Both the position numbers and the translations under genes were made by a program. Shown one piece after another: positions 36,780 to 50,074 of a stretch of DNA of 64,000 bases. Source of the stretch: Mobula hypostoma (lineage: Eukaryota); assembly GCF_963921235.1 (NCBI RefSeq), contig NC_086097.1:218986001-219050000 (forward strand). Reading direction: 5' to 3'. The notes below the pieces were generated by a model. The model did not search any database, had not been told where the DNA came from, and saw only the letters and a list, made by a program, of their open reading frames with translations. The stretch's first letter is position 1, and every line of letters begins with the position of its first letter.

Positions 36780-38149
36780 AAGAGTGGGATTGTGGTTTCA
36801 AGTCAGGAAACCCTGGGGGTGAGAAATGAAGCAGATGCCTGGGAAACAGTAGAGACCTCAGAGGAGGAAAAATTTCAGTCCGGGGCCAAACTCAAGCCAG
36901 GAGCAGAAGGGCCTTCAAGTTATACCACCTCCAATCCCTCCCTGGAAAATCCGTTCAGAGGCTTTTTGATTGCCCAGCAGAGGAGAGATTATGCTTTTAG
37001 TAAGGAACTCCAAAACCTGCACAATGGTCCCAAGCTGCCTTCTTACCAACAAGGTGACAATATTACAAACTACCTCCTCAGGTTTGAGAGGATGGCCTAG
37101 ATATCGCAATGGCCAGAGGAGGAGTGGGCCTGCCAGCTAGTGCCACTACTGACAGGTAAAGCTCTCGAAGCCTACACTACAATGTAATGAACTGACCTGA
37201 AGGATATTCCAACAACTATCCTGACCTGAAGGATATTCTGCTGGCTAAATCTGATATCTCGGCAGAACCCTATTGTCCATGCTTCTGTTGCAGTACTCTA
37301 CCACCAGGGGAGTCGACCACATATCTTGCCTGAAGGGTCTCTACTGGTGCTGAGTTTGACTAGAACAGAAGTCCAAGGAGGAGATTGGTGAGGCCATTGT
37401 TCTGGAGCAGCTGCTGCAGAATCTTCCTCCAGATACCAGAACGTTGTTCCGGGAGCACGAGCCAGCAGAGAAACTCACTATGGCCCAACCTGCCCTGCAG
37501 TACCTCAGTGGACACAAGGGGGCGCCATCATAGCTATTATACCAAAGCAAAAGAGACTCTAACCCACCAAGGGACTCCTAGGATAACTCTGGAGAATTGG
37601 GAAGTGGGAGAAAATAGGGCAAAGAATCTTTGGTAGTTGCTTCTAAGTCTTTTATTTTCTACCATTGTCAGCGGCCTGGTCATAAGTCCTCTGTCTGTCC
37701 TCTCAAGAAGCCCAAATGGTCAGGTACATGTTATGTACCACGAGAGGGTGTAAATGATGATGATGATGGCTGTAATGACTATGAGTATGGTAACAGAAAA
37801 CAAGTAGGATGGGGAGAAAGAGCCCATGTTTAATAGTCCAATTAGATGAGCCTTTAAAGTTCTTTTAGATTCTGGTAGCTCACTGTCATTAATTAAAAAA
37901 AACGTATGTCCTTGCTTTTGGTGTCACCAAACACCTACTCAATGTGTCTATGTGACCCAAAAGATGAAGGTCAAGTGGAGAATGTCAGGATTTATTGAGA
38001 GTTATAAGATTTTTTTTTTGGTATCACCCTTGATCCATCCTTCTGAGGGATAAACAACAGGAATTCTGCAGATGCTGGAAATTCAAGCAACACACATCAA
38101 AGTTGCTGGCGAATGCAGCAGGCCAGGCAGCATCTCTAGGAAGAGGTAC

Positions 38150-38185
38150 AGTCGACGTTTTGGGCCGAGACCTTTTGTCAGGACT
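38150..38185 (-). ncRNA. Decayed minimal hammerhead (G8>A and G12>A at CpG sites)
   Basis: Minus strand AGTC-CTGACAA-AAGGTCTCGGCCC-AAAACGTC-GACT. Confidence 0.65.
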
Positions 38186-39973
38186 AACTGAAAGAAGAGT
38201 TAGTAAGAGATTTGTAAGTGGGAGGGGGAGGGGGAGATCCAAAATGATAGGAGAAGACAGGAGGGGGAGGGATGGACCCAAGAGCCGGACAGGTGATTGG
38301 CAAAGGGGATATGAGAGGATCATGGGACAGGAGGCCCAGGGAGAAAGACAAAGGGGGGGGAACCCAGAGGATGGGCAAGGGGTATAGTCAGAGGGACAGA
38401 GGGAGAAAAAGGAGAGTGAGAGAAAGAATGTCCTTACTCTTAGTCCTTACTCTTAATAATTTCTCCTTTGGCTCCTCCTACTTCCTCCAAACTAAAGGTG
38501 TAGCTATGGGCACCCGTATGGGTCCTAGCTATGCCTGCCTTTTTGTTGGCTTTGTGGAACAATCTATGTTCCGTGCCTATTCTGGTATCTGTCCCCCACT
38601 TTTCCTTCGCTACATCGACAACTGCATTGGCGCTGCTTCCTGCACGCATGGTGAGCTCGTTGACTTTATTAACTTTGCCTCCAACTTTCACCCTGCCCTC
38701 AAGTTTACCTGGTCCATTTCCGACACCTCCCTCCCCTTTCTAGATCTTTCTGTCTCTGTCTCTGGAGACAGCTTATCCACTGATGTCCACTATAAGCCTA
38801 CTGACTCTCACAGCTATCGGGACTATTCCTCTTCTCACCCTGTCTCTTGCAAAAATTCCATCCCCTTCTCGCAATTCCTCCGTCTCTGCCGCATCTGTTC
38901 TCAGGATGAGGCTTTTCATTCCAGGATGAGGGAGATGTCCTCCTTTTTTAAAGAAAGGGGCTTCCCTTCCTCCACTACCAACTCTGCTCTCAAACGCATC
39001 TCCCCCATTTCACGTACATCTGCTCTCACTCCATCCTCCCGCCACCCCACTAAGAATAGGGTTCCCCTGGTCCTCACCTACCACCCCACCAGCCTCCGGG
39101 TCCAACATATTATTCTCCGTAACTTCCACCACTTCCAACGGGATCCCACCACTAAGCACATCTTTCCCTCCCCCCATCTCTCTGCTTTCCGCAGGGATCG
39201 CTCCCTACGCGACTCCCTTGTCCATTCGTCCCCCCCCATCCCTCCCCACTGATCTCCCTCCTGGCACTTACCCTTGTAAGCGGAGCAAGTGCTACACACG
39301 CCCTTACACTTCCTCCCTTACCACCATTCAGGGCCCCAAACAGTCCTTCCAGGTGAGGCGACACTTCACCTGTGAGTCGGCTGGGGTGATATACTGCGTC
39401 CGGTGCTCTCAATGTGGCCTTCTATATATTGGCGAGACCCGACGCAGACTGGGAGACCGCTTTGCTGAACACCTACGCTCTGTTCGTCAGAGAAAGCAGG
39501 ATCTCCCAGTGGCCACACATTTTAATTCCACATCCCATTCCCATTCTGACATGTCTATCCACAGCCTCCTCTACTGTAGAGATGAAGCCACACTCAGGTT
39601 GGAGGAACAACACCTTATATTCCGTCTGGGTAGCCTCCAACCTGATGGCATGAACATTGACGACTTTAACTTCCGCTAATGCCCCACCTCCCCCTCGTAC
39701 CCCATCCGTTATTTATTTTTATACACACATTCTTTCTCTCACTCTCCTTTTTCTCCCTCTGTCCCTCTGACTATACCCCTTGCCCATCCTCTGGGTTCCC
39801 CCCCCCTTCGTCTTTCTCCCTGGGCCTCCTGTCCCATGATCCTCTCATATCCCCTTTGCCAATCACCTGTCCAGCTCTTGGCTCCATCCCTCCCCCTCCT
39901 GTCTTCTCTTATCATTTTGGATCTCCCCCTCCCCCTCCCACTTTCAAATCTCTTACTAACTCTTCCTTCAGTT

Positions 39974-40009
39974 AGTCCTGACGAAGGGTCTCGGCCTGAA
40001 ACGTCAACT
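39974..40009 (+). ncRNA. Minimal hammerhead, intact core, one helix-I mismatch
   Basis: AGTC-CTGACGA-AGGGTCTCGGCCT-GAAACGTC-AACT. Confidence 0.8.
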
Positions 40010-40189
40010 GTATCTCTTCCTAGAGATGCTGCCTGGCCTGCTGCGTTCACCAGCTACTTTGATGTGTGTTTCTGAGGGATATCTGTCTTTAGTGTTCTTT
40101 AGTGTACTTCAGATATCTAATTAATTACTTAAAATGATCGAAAATGATCTATTTCCTGCTTTAGTATTACATTTCACATTGAGGTTTAT

Positions 40190-41545
40190 AAAATCGTAAG
40201 ATATAGAGCAGGATTAGGCCATTTGGCCCATCGGGTCTACTGCACTATTTCTTCATGGCTGATCCAATTTTCCTCTCAGTCCCAATCTCTTCCCTTCTCC
40301 CTGTATCCCTTCATGCCCTAACCAATCAAGAGTCTATCAACCTCTGCCCTAAATATACAGAAAGACTTGTCCTCCACACCTGCCTGTGGCAAAGAATTCC
40401 ACAGATTCACCTCTCTCTGGCTAAAGAAATTCTTTCTCATTTCCACTCTAAAAGGACACCCCTCTATTCTGAGGCTGTGGCCTCTGATCTTAGACTCTCC
40501 TACCATAGGAAACATCCTTTCCACATCCTCGCTATAAAAGTCTCTCACCATTGGATAGGATTCAACGAGGTTGCTCCCCATTCTTCTGAATTACAGAGAA
40601 TACAGGCCCGAAGCCATCAAGCGCTCTTCATGTGACAAGCTATTCAATCCTGGACTCATTTTCGTGACCCTCCTTTGAACCCTCCCCAGTTTCAACACAT
40701 CCTTTCTAAGATAAAGGGCCCAAACCTGCTCATAATACTCCAAGTGAGGCCTCACCAGTGCTTTATAAACTCTCAACATTACATCCTTGCTTTTATATTC
40801 TAGCCCTCTTGAAATGAATGCTAACATTGCATTTGCCTTCCTCACCACTGACTCAACCTGCAAATTAACTATTAGGAAATCCTGCGCGATGACTCCAAAA
40901 TCCCTTAGTGCCTCAGTTTTTAAAATATTTTCTCTCTTTTCGAAAATAGTCAACCCTTAATTTTTTCTACCAAATTACATTACTATACAGTTCCTGACAC
41001 TCAATTCCATCTGCCACTTCTTTGCCCCTTCTCCTAATCTGTCTACGCCTCTCTATTTCCTCAAAATCACTTGCCCTCTACCTTTCTGCATATTGTCTGC
41101 AAACTTTGCAATAAAGCCATCTGTTCCATCATCCAAATCATTGACATATAATGTAAAAGAAATCAGTCTCAACACAGACCCCTATGGAACACCACTAGTC
41201 ACCAGCAGCCAGGCAGAAAAGTCTGCCTTCATTCCCACTCTTGCTTCCTGCCAATCAGCCACTGCTTTATCCATGCAAGAATCTTTCCTGTAATACCATG
41301 GGCTCTTAGCTTGTTAAGCAGCCTTGTCAAAGGCCTTCAGAAAATCCAAGTATACAATATCAACCAATTCTCCTTTGTCTATCCTGCTTGTTATTTCTTC
41401 AAAGAATTCCAACAGATTTGTCCGGCATGACTTTCCCCTGAGGAAACCAAGCTGACTACGGCCCATTTTATCACATGCCACCCTGAGACCTCATCCTGAA
41501 TAATCTTCCCAACCACTGAGGTCGGACTAATTGGCCTATAGTTTC
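40190..41545 (-). mobile_element. CR1 LINE 3' half
   Basis: LRDFGV, YKALVRPHLEY, RGHSLRIEG. Confidence 0.88.
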
Positions 41546-41848
41546 ATATAGAACATAGAACATAGAATAGTACAGCACAGTACAGGCCCTTCGGCCCACA
41601 ATGTTGTGCCAACCCTTAAACCCTGCCTCCCATATAACCCACCACCTTAAATTCCTCCATATACCTGTCTAGTAGTCTCTTAAACTTCACTAGTGTATCT
41701 GCCTCCACCACCGACGCAGGCAGTGTATTCCCCGCACCAACCACTCTCTGAGTAAAAAACCTTCCTCTAATATCCCCTTTGAACTTCCCACCCTTTACCT
41801 TAAAGCCATATTCTCTTGTACTGAGCAGTGGTGCCCTGGGGAAGAGGC
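41546..41848 (-). mobile_element. Young CR1 3' end (subfamily of 56182-57795)
   Basis: (GAACATA)n tail; reverse complement of ~57498-57795. Confidence 0.9.
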
Positions 41849-42082
41849 ATGTGTGTTTGCATGAATGTATTAAATTACAATAGCTATAAATTTTTGTGCC
41901 AAATAAAACACAAGTAAAAGACAGTTAACCCTGTCTTTGAAGTCTCTGCCCCCAGCTACCTCTACGTCAGCACTGATCTGCATTAAAACAAGAGCTGTGC
42001 CTGTCATTTCATCAAACCTCCATCCCACAATTGCAACTTTAACAGTACTTAAAAGGTCAATTAACAATTCATCTGGAGTATG

Positions 42083-42761
42083 AATATCTACCCCACTGGT
42101 TCAATGCTTAGGGTAATCACACAGCATCCAAAGAAATCAATCCCGGATGAGCCCCCACAATGGTAACTCTCGGTTCGGCTAGCGACTAATGTAGGGTAAG
42201 ACAGCATCCGGCTCGGCCAAACTTAAGAAATCTTGTTTGGGTGGGTGCTGCGTGAAGTGTCACAAGTCAGTACCACAAAATAACAAACTGTATACAATAT
42301 GCGATTAAATGATTGAGCTTTATAATTCTTAATTTGGCTATATGGTTAGTAAAGAAATTTAAAAAAGGGCCCATTCTTTTGAAACAATCTAATGCATAAC
42401 ATTGGAGCTCACAGTTCTGTTCATGTGTTCCCCATTTACCTCCTCCGAGCAAAGCCGACCCTCGGACACTCGCTCCAAGTCCACTCTGCCCAGCGGTCTA
42501 CCAACTCTCTCCATTCGCGTCTTCTCTCTTCATCTCTCCCCGGCAAAAGACTGTGAAATCCCTGCTCCCAGACCCACAAGAAAGAACACCCCTCTTATTG
42601 GATAGCCCACATTCCAAAGCCCCGTTATCTTTAGATATAACCCAAACATTGCCGCTACAGAAAAACCATTACATTAGCAGTGAAACATTACAGAGAGGCC
42701 ATTACATTAGCAGTGAAAGAGAGGCCATTACATTAACAGTGAAACCTTACAGTGCATTACA
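42083..42761 (-). mobile_element. 5' LTR (~42162-42761) with PBS and short internal stub; same family as 62560-63149
   Basis: Minus strand begins TGTAATGCACTGTAAG; homologous along its length to the solo LTR at 62560. Confidence 0.85.
42140..42157 (-). promoter_or_regulatory. Primer binding site, tRNA-Pro
   Basis: TGGGGGCTCATCCGGGAT, 17/18 to TGGGGGCTCGTCCGGGAT (CpG transition), adjacent to the LTR 3' end. Confidence 0.85.
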
Positions 42762-45700
42762 TATGTTTCTAAAAGATCTCCTCTCATCCTTCTGAATTCC
42801 AGCGAGTACAGTCCCTGGTGACTCAATCTCTCCTCATGGTCTAAACCCCTCATCTCTGGAATCAACCTGGTGAACTTCCTCTGCACCACCTCCATAGCCA
42901 GTATATCCTTCCTCTCATAAGGAGACCAGAACTGCGTACAGTCGTCCAGATGTGGTCTCACCAGTACACTGTACAGTTGCAGCATAACCTCCCTGCTCTT
43001 AAATTCAATCCCTCTTGCAATAAAGGCCAACATTCCATTTGCTTTCTTGATAGCCAGCTGCACCTGCAAACCAACCTTTTGCGATTCATGCACAAGCACT
43101 CCGATCTTCCATTTTTCCCTCCAAAGTGGATGACCTCACATTTACCAACATTGTACTCTATCTGCCAGACCCTTGCCCACTCACTTAACCTATTTACATC
43201 TCTCTGCAGACTCTCCATATCCTCTGCACAATCTGCTTTTCTACTCAATTTAGTAAATTTAGATACACCACACTCGGTTCCAGATCGTCAATGTATATCA
43301 TGAACAGTTGCGGGGACACGACTCACCACTGATTGCCAACCAGAGAAGCACCCATGTATCCTCACTCTTTGCTTTCTATTGGTTAACCGATTCTCTATCC
43401 ATGCTAATACATCACCCCCAACTCTATGCATCTTTATATTATGGATAAGTCCTTTAGTTGGTATCTTAGTGAACGCCTTCTGGAAATCCAAGTAAATAAC
43501 ACCCATCTATTCCCCTCTATCCACTGCACTTGTTATATCCTCAAAGAACTCCAGTAAGTTTGTCAAACAGGATCTGTCTTTGCTGAATCCCTGGTGCATC
43601 TACCTGATGTATACATTTCTTTCCAGATGCTTCGCTGTTTCTTCTTTAATGATAGCTTAAAGCATTTTCCCAACTACAGATGTTAAACTAACTGGCCTAT
43701 AGTTGTCTGCCTTTTGCCTACATCCTATTTTGAATAGTGATGTGACATTCGCCTTCTTCCAATCCACCAAGACCTGCCCAGAGTCCAGAGAATTTTGTTA
43801 AATTATCACGAAAGCTTCAACTATAACCTCTTCAGCCATTTCTTTCAGTACCCTGTGATGCATTCAATCAGGACCAGGGGACTTGTCTATCTTCAGCCCC
43901 ACAATTTTCTCAGCACTACCTCTTTAGTGATAGCTATTGTATTGAGGTCCTCACCTTCCATTGCATCCATAACATCTCTCTCTGATATGGCAGACATGTC
44001 CTCCACCATGACCGATACAAAATAGTCATTCAAAGCCTCGGCCATTTCCTCATTACCCAATATCAATCCCCCTTCTCATCCTCCAAGGGACCTACATTCA
44101 CTTTGGCCACCCTTTTCCGCTTTATATAATTATAAAAACTTTTACTATCCATTTTTATATTTTGTGCTAGTTTATTTTTGTAATCTTTCTTCGCTTTCTT
44201 TATTGCTTGCTTAGTGGTTCTTTGATGCTTTTTAAAGTTTTTCCAAACTTCCACTTTCCTACTACTCTTGGCAACTTTGTATGCACAAGCTTTTAGCTTG
44301 ATGCCTTCCTTTATTTCCTTAGTTATCTATGGCTGGTTCTCCCCACATTTACTGTCGTTGCTTTTAACTGGAATATACTTCTGTTGAGAATAGTGAAAAA
44401 TCTCTTTGAAAGTCTTCCACTGTTCCTCAACCATCCCACCATATAACCTGTGTTCCCTGTCTACCCTATCCAACTCCTCCCTCATCCCGTTGTAGTCTCC
44501 CTTGTTTCGGCATAATATACTGGTTTTAGATTGAACTATTGCACCCTCCATTTGTAAGAGATCCAGTGATTCTTGACAGATCATTAATAATGCCTCCACA
44601 ATCTCTTCAGCTACCTCTTTCAGAACCCTGGGGTGTGCACCATCTGGTTCTGGTGACTTGTCTAACTTCAAGTCTTTCAGTTTCCCAAGAATCTTCTATC
44701 TAGTTATGGTAACTTCACACAATTCATGACCATTGACACCTGGAACTTCCACCATAGTGCTTGTGTCTTCCACAGTGAAGACTGATGCAAATAACTTACT
44801 CAGTTTGTCCGCCATTTTCTTTCTAGCATTGTTTTCCAGCAATCCAACATCCAGTCTCGCCTCTCTTTTAAACTTTATGTATCTGATGAAACTTCTGGTC
44901 TCCTCTTTAGTATTATTGACTAGCTTGCTTTCATATTCCATCTTTACTTTCTTAATGACTTTTAAGTTGCCTTCTGTTGATTTTTAAAAGCTTCTCAATC
45001 CTTCTAATTTCCCTCTAATCTTTGCTCTATTATATGCCCTCTCTTTAGTTTTTATAGAAACATAGAAAACCTACAGCACAATACAGGCCCTTGCGCCCAC
45101 AAAGTTGTGCGGAACATACCCTTACTTGAGAAATTACCTAGTGTTACCCATAGCCCTCTATTTTTCTGAGCTCCATATACCTGTCCAGGAGTCTCTTAAA
45201 AGACCCTATCGTATCTGCCTCCACCATCGTCTCCGGCAGCTCATTCCACGCACTCACCACTCTCCGCATAAAAGGACTTACCCCTGATATCCCCTCTGTA
45301 CCTGCTTCCAAGCACCTTAAAACTGTGCCCTCTCGTGCTAGCCATTTGAGCCCTGGGAAAAAGCCTCCAACTATCTGACGGTCGATGCCTCTCCTCATCT
45401 TATACACCTCTATCAGGTCACCTCTCATCCTCCGTCGGTCCAAGGAAAAAAGGCCGAGTTCACTCAACCTGTTTTCATAAGGCATGCTCCCCAATCCAGG
45501 CAACATCCTTGTAATTCTTCTCTGCACCCTTTCTATGGTTTCCACATCCTTTCTATAGTGACGCGACCAGAACTGAGCATAGTACTTCAAGTGGGGTCTG
45601 ACCAGGGTCCTATATAGCTGCAACATTACCTTTCGGCTCCTAAACTCAATCCCATGATTGATGAAGGCCAATGCACCGTATGCTTTCTTAACCACAGAGT

Positions 45701-47395
45701 CAACCTGCGCAGTAGCTTTGAGTGTCCTATGGACTCGGACCCCAAGATCGCTCTGATCCTCCACACTGCCAGGAGTCTTATCATTAATACTATATTCTGT
45801 CATCATATTTGACCTACCAAAATGAACCACCACAAACCCATCTGGGTTGGACTCCATCTGCCACTCCTCAGCCCAGTTTTGCATCCTATCAATGTCCCAC
45901 TGTAACCTCTGACAGCCCTCCAGACTATCCACAACACCTCCAACCTTTGCGTCATCAGCAAATTTACTAACCCATCCCTCCACTTCCTCATCCAGGTCAT
46001 TTATAAAAAGTCACGAAGAGAAGGGATTCCAGAATAGATCCCTGAGGCACACCACTGGTCACTGACCTCCATGCAGAATATGACCTGTCTACAACCACTC
46101 TTTGCCTTCTGTGGCAAGGTAGTTTTGGAACCACAAAGCAATTTCCCCTTGGATCCCATGCCTCCCTACTTTCTCAATAAGCCTTGCATGTGGTACCTTG
46201 TCAAATGCCTTTCTGAAATCCATATATTTACATCTACTGCTCTATCTTCATCAATGTGTTTAGTCACATCCTCAAAAAATTCAATCAGGCTCGTAAGGCA
46301 CAACCTGCCTTTGACAAAGCCATGCTGACTATTCCTAATCATATTATGCCTCTCCAAATGTTCATAAATCCTGCCTCTCAGGGTCTTCTCCATCAACTTA
46401 CCAACCACTGAAGTAAGACTCACTGGTCTATAATTTCCTGGGCTATCTCTACTCCCTTTCCTGAATAATGGAACAACACCTGCAACCCTCCAATCCTCTA
46501 GAACCTCTCCCGGCCCCATTGATGATGCAACGATCAACACCTGAGGCTCAGCAATCTCCTCCCTCACCTCCCACAGTAGCCTAAGCTACATCTCATCCTG
46601 TCCCAGTGACTTATCCAACTTGATGCTTTCCAAAAGCTCCTGCACATCCTCTCTCTTAATATCTACATGCTCAAGCTTTTCAGTCCGCTGTAAGTATGAC
46701 TTTAACCTCTCCTTCTCAAATTTCATGGTGAATTTGATCATATTATGATCACTTTCCCCCAAGGGTTGTTTTATACCTTAAGCTCTCTAATCAATTCTGG
46801 TTCATTGCATAACACCCAATTCAGAATCTCTGATCCACTAGTATAGTATCTACCTACATATTGAAATCCCCCTTGTCTATTAGCATGCATTCTCTATCTC
46901 CTGTTGTAATTTGTGGGCTACATCCATACTCCTATTTGGGGGTGTGTATACAACTCCTATCAGGGTCTTTTTACCCTCACAGTTCCTTCGTTCTATCCAC
47001 AATGACTCAACACCTTCCGACCCTATGTCACCTCTTTCTAATGATATTATTTCACTTTTTTACCAAAAGAGCAACACGCCCCCCAACTGCCTTCCTGCCT
47101 ATCCTTTTGATATAATGTGTATCCTTGGACATTAAACTCCCAACTATAATCTTCTTTCAGCCATGATTCTACAACATCATACATGCCAATCTGAAGCTGT
47201 GCTGCAAACTCAACTACCTTATTCCCTATACTGTGCACCTTTAGTGCTGTATTCGCCCTTTTTGATTTTGTCTGCATTTTACATTGCAACTCATCCTGTT
47301 GACTGCAATTTTGCCCTATCAACTGCCTCTCCTCACTATACATTGCCTCTGTTTGCAAACCAGCTACCTCATCTTCAGCACTGTCATCCACCTTT
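42762..47395 (-). mobile_element. Nested cluster of at least three CR1 subfamily fragments (~42762-44555, ~44555-45050, 45054-46695, 46696-47395)
   Basis: LVRPHLDDC, YLDFQKAF, KSPEPDG, FADDAK, SQHGF, IGNKVVEF/ESWL; internal ATAGAAACATAGAA tail at 45054. Confidence 0.88.
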
Positions 47396-47589
47396 TATCT
47401 TCTGATTGACCTCCGTATCAAGATTTTTAAAAAAATATTTAATGAAGGATCCAGCACAGTATACTTTATCAGGGATCCTTAATAATATTTTGTGAAATAT
47501 CTCCTATTTTTCATTATGAGCAGTGTCACCAGTGCCATCTAGATCATAGAACAGAGATCTCACATGCTCTCTGACAGATCTAATAGATT

Positions 47590-47707
47590 TTAGAAACCAT
47601 AGAAACCATTACAGCACAGAAACAGGCCTTTTGGCCCTTCTTGGCTGTGCGGAACCATTTTTCTGCCTAGTCCCACTGACCTGCACCTGGACTATATCCC
47701 TCCATAC
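47590..47707 (-). mobile_element. CR1 3' tail
   Basis: (AGAAACCAT)n followed by ACAGCACAGAAACAGGCC. Confidence 0.75.
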
Positions 47708-48820
47708 ATTTTCTGCCACAGCTTCTCCCCTCAGCAATTCAAATGCATCCCGTCAACTACCTCAGCTTTGCCTTCCTTTGGCTCATGTCTTATTATGATG
47801 TTTCCAGTAGAGGTGATGAAATCAACTTTAGCTTTCTCAATGGCACTTGCCAATAGAATTATTTATAACTAGTTTTAGGTCTCTATTTGATTGCCAACCT
47901 GCAGAGGAATTTGTAAACTCTTAATATTTTGTTTTCACAACACATCCAAATTACCCTGAAAATAATGGTTACTTGGCACAAAAATTTATAGCTATTGTAA
48001 TTTAATACATTCATGCAAACACACAGACGAGGTTACAACCTGAAATGGTTCCAGGAATCTGGATTATACATAATGAAGGTTAAGGTGGTTGTTGCACATT
48101 TGGGTTTTCTTTAATTTCACACATCATTATGAAATAATATCCACAGCCAGAATTCAATGGAAATTTGAGAAAAAGAATAGTGGATTTTCACGCCAATTTT
48201 AGACTTATGAAAAATGATGTGTATCAGCTTCTTTTTTCATCCAATGGTGGGAAATCTGAATGATCAATAAGGTCCATAATGACACCTGGAGATGACCAAA
48301 AATTATGGGAAAAACTAAAACATCATTCTGTTGCCTTATTACAAATCCCATCCTGTAGCAGATTTAACAGAAACTCTCCTGGTGTGATTTCTCAGAAATG
48401 ATTGTCTGCCTGACTTGAGTAAATTGACATTTAAAAAATGTATGCAAGTTTTTTTTGTGGGGAGAACAACTGGGAAATGCTTTGAACAATTTTAAAGGTG
48501 AAGAGAAGTTAATACAATCTACAATAGCATGCACGTTACTACAGTGGGTTATCTTTGTTTCGCGGGGTCCAGCTGGGATAATTTTCTTTCATGTCTCTTG
48601 AGCAGTAACCGAGGGGATTGGGTTTAATTAAATTCAATGAAACGATAGCTGAACATATTTAACAAAGAAGTGGTGATATGCTGCGCTTGGTTATTGTCCA
48701 AGGGTGAAAGTTTAGAATTACCTTGCGATCAAGCAGGAAGTTGGACAGTTAATGTATTTTATTCTGATAGAGGCTCTGAAATTCCAGGATAATGGGGCAC
48801 CAGGTAAAATGTCAGTGGGA

Positions 48821-49338
48821 ATATAACCATATAACCATATAACAATTACAGCACAGAAACAGGCCATCTTGGCCCTTCTAGTCCATGCTGAACGCTTACT
48901 CTCACCTAGTCCCACCGAGCTGAACTCAGCCCGTAACCCTCCATTCCTTTCCTGTCCATATAGCTATCCAATTTTACTTTAAATGACAATATCGAACCTG
49001 CCTCTACCACTTCTGCTGGAAGCTCGTTCCACACAGCTACCACTCTCTTAGTAAAGAAGTTCCCCCTCATATTACCCCTAAACTTTTGCCCCCTAACTCT
49101 CAACTCATGTCCTCTTGTTTGGATCTCCCCTACTCTCAATGGGAAAACGCCTATCCACGTCAACTCTATCTATCCCCCTCATAATTTTAAATACCTTTAT
49201 CAAGTCCCCCCTCAACCTTCTACACTCCAAAGAATAAAGACTCAACTTGTTCAACCTTTCTCTGTGACTTAGGTGCTGAAATCCAGGTAACATTCTAGTA
49301 AATCTTCTCTGTACTCTCTCTATTTTGTTGACATCTTC
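48821..49338 (-). mobile_element. CR1 3' end
   Basis: (ATATAACC)n tail; VQRRFTRMLPG, RRLRGDLI. Confidence 0.9.
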
Positions 49339-49794
49339 AAATCGCTGAAGTAACTTTATGCAGAAATCGATGTTAATTCTATACAAATGCTTTATCTTTA
49401 TTATACGATCTTCCTAACTTCAGCGTTTATTAAGGCCATTATTGCTTTTATGAAAGATGTCAACCTCAGTCCATATTTCTACTTAAAATCAACGGTGTAT
49501 TATTGGTATATCGGGTTTACACAAGGGAACAAAAAAAAGCAATTGGAGCATGAGTAGGACACCAGAATTTATAGGACTGCTTTAAATCAATGTATTAAAG
49601 CATATTTAGGAATTCATTTTCAGATCTGAATAAATCTACCATGACCATCATTGACTTTATCAAGACCTGACCCTTTGAGAATATATAGAGTCTTCTCAAA
49701 CCAGGAGCCATGCATGAACCAGGAGATTCACAGTCAGCAGAAAGCTAGATCTGTGGCAATCAAGATGGATGATCCAGAAGCCTACAAGCAAATA

Positions 49795-50065
49795 ATTGGA
49801 GAAGAATTTTGGAGACAGGATATATGAGCATTTCGTAAAGCGTAGTCTGATTTGGGATAGTCAGTATTGCTTTGTGAGGGACAGGTCATGCCTCGCAAGT
49901 CTGATTGAATTATTTGAGAATGTGACAAAACATATTGATGGAAGTAGAGCAATGGATGTGATATATATGGATTTTAGCAAAGCACTTGATAAGGTTCCCA
50001 TAGTAGGCTCATTCATAAAGTCTGGAGGCATTGGATACTGGGAAACCTGACGGTGTGGATTCAGG
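49795..50065 (+). mobile_element. CR1 RT fragment
   Basis: LIELFE, YMDFSKALDKVP. Confidence 0.8.
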
Positions 50066-50074
50066 ATTGTCTTC

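Larger units (their letters stand above)
36500..37900 (+). mobile_element. Gypsy (Gmr1-like) LTR retrotransposon 5' remnant: LTR end, PBS, gag with SCAN-like domain and zinc knuckle, protease start
   Basis: AATAAA...AACA LTR end at 36671; YLLRFERMA, WPEEEWACQLVPLLTGKALEAY; IVLEQLLQNLP..REHEP; YHCQRPGHKSSVCP; LDSGS at ~37865. Confidence 0.82.
38053..40069 (+). mobile_element. PLE (Neptune-type) with inverted 5' arm (38053-~38430, minus), RT core and GIY-YIG
   Basis: QTKGVAMGTRMGPSYA, LRYIDN (YIDD mutated), LPFLDL, YKPTDSH; VIYCVRC..YIGET; 12-bp TSD TTCTGAGGGATA at 38041-52 and 40070-81. Confidence 0.95.
41850..48025. repeat. Perfect 53-bp inverted repeat pair (41850-41902 and 47973-48025)
   Basis: TGTGTGTTTGCATGAATGTATTAAATTACAATAGCTATAAATTTTTGTGCCAA and its exact reverse complement. 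Confidence 0.93.

Noticed and set aside
38272..39252. 326-aa ORF as a functional fusion RT
   Set aside because: Its N-terminus is antisense PLE UTR across the inversion junction; the RT is 5'-truncated, has YIDN and is frameshifted before GIY-YIG.
42079..42765. TATG as TSD around 42083-42761
   Set aside because: The left boundary is not an LTR terminus; a 4-bp match is expected by chance.
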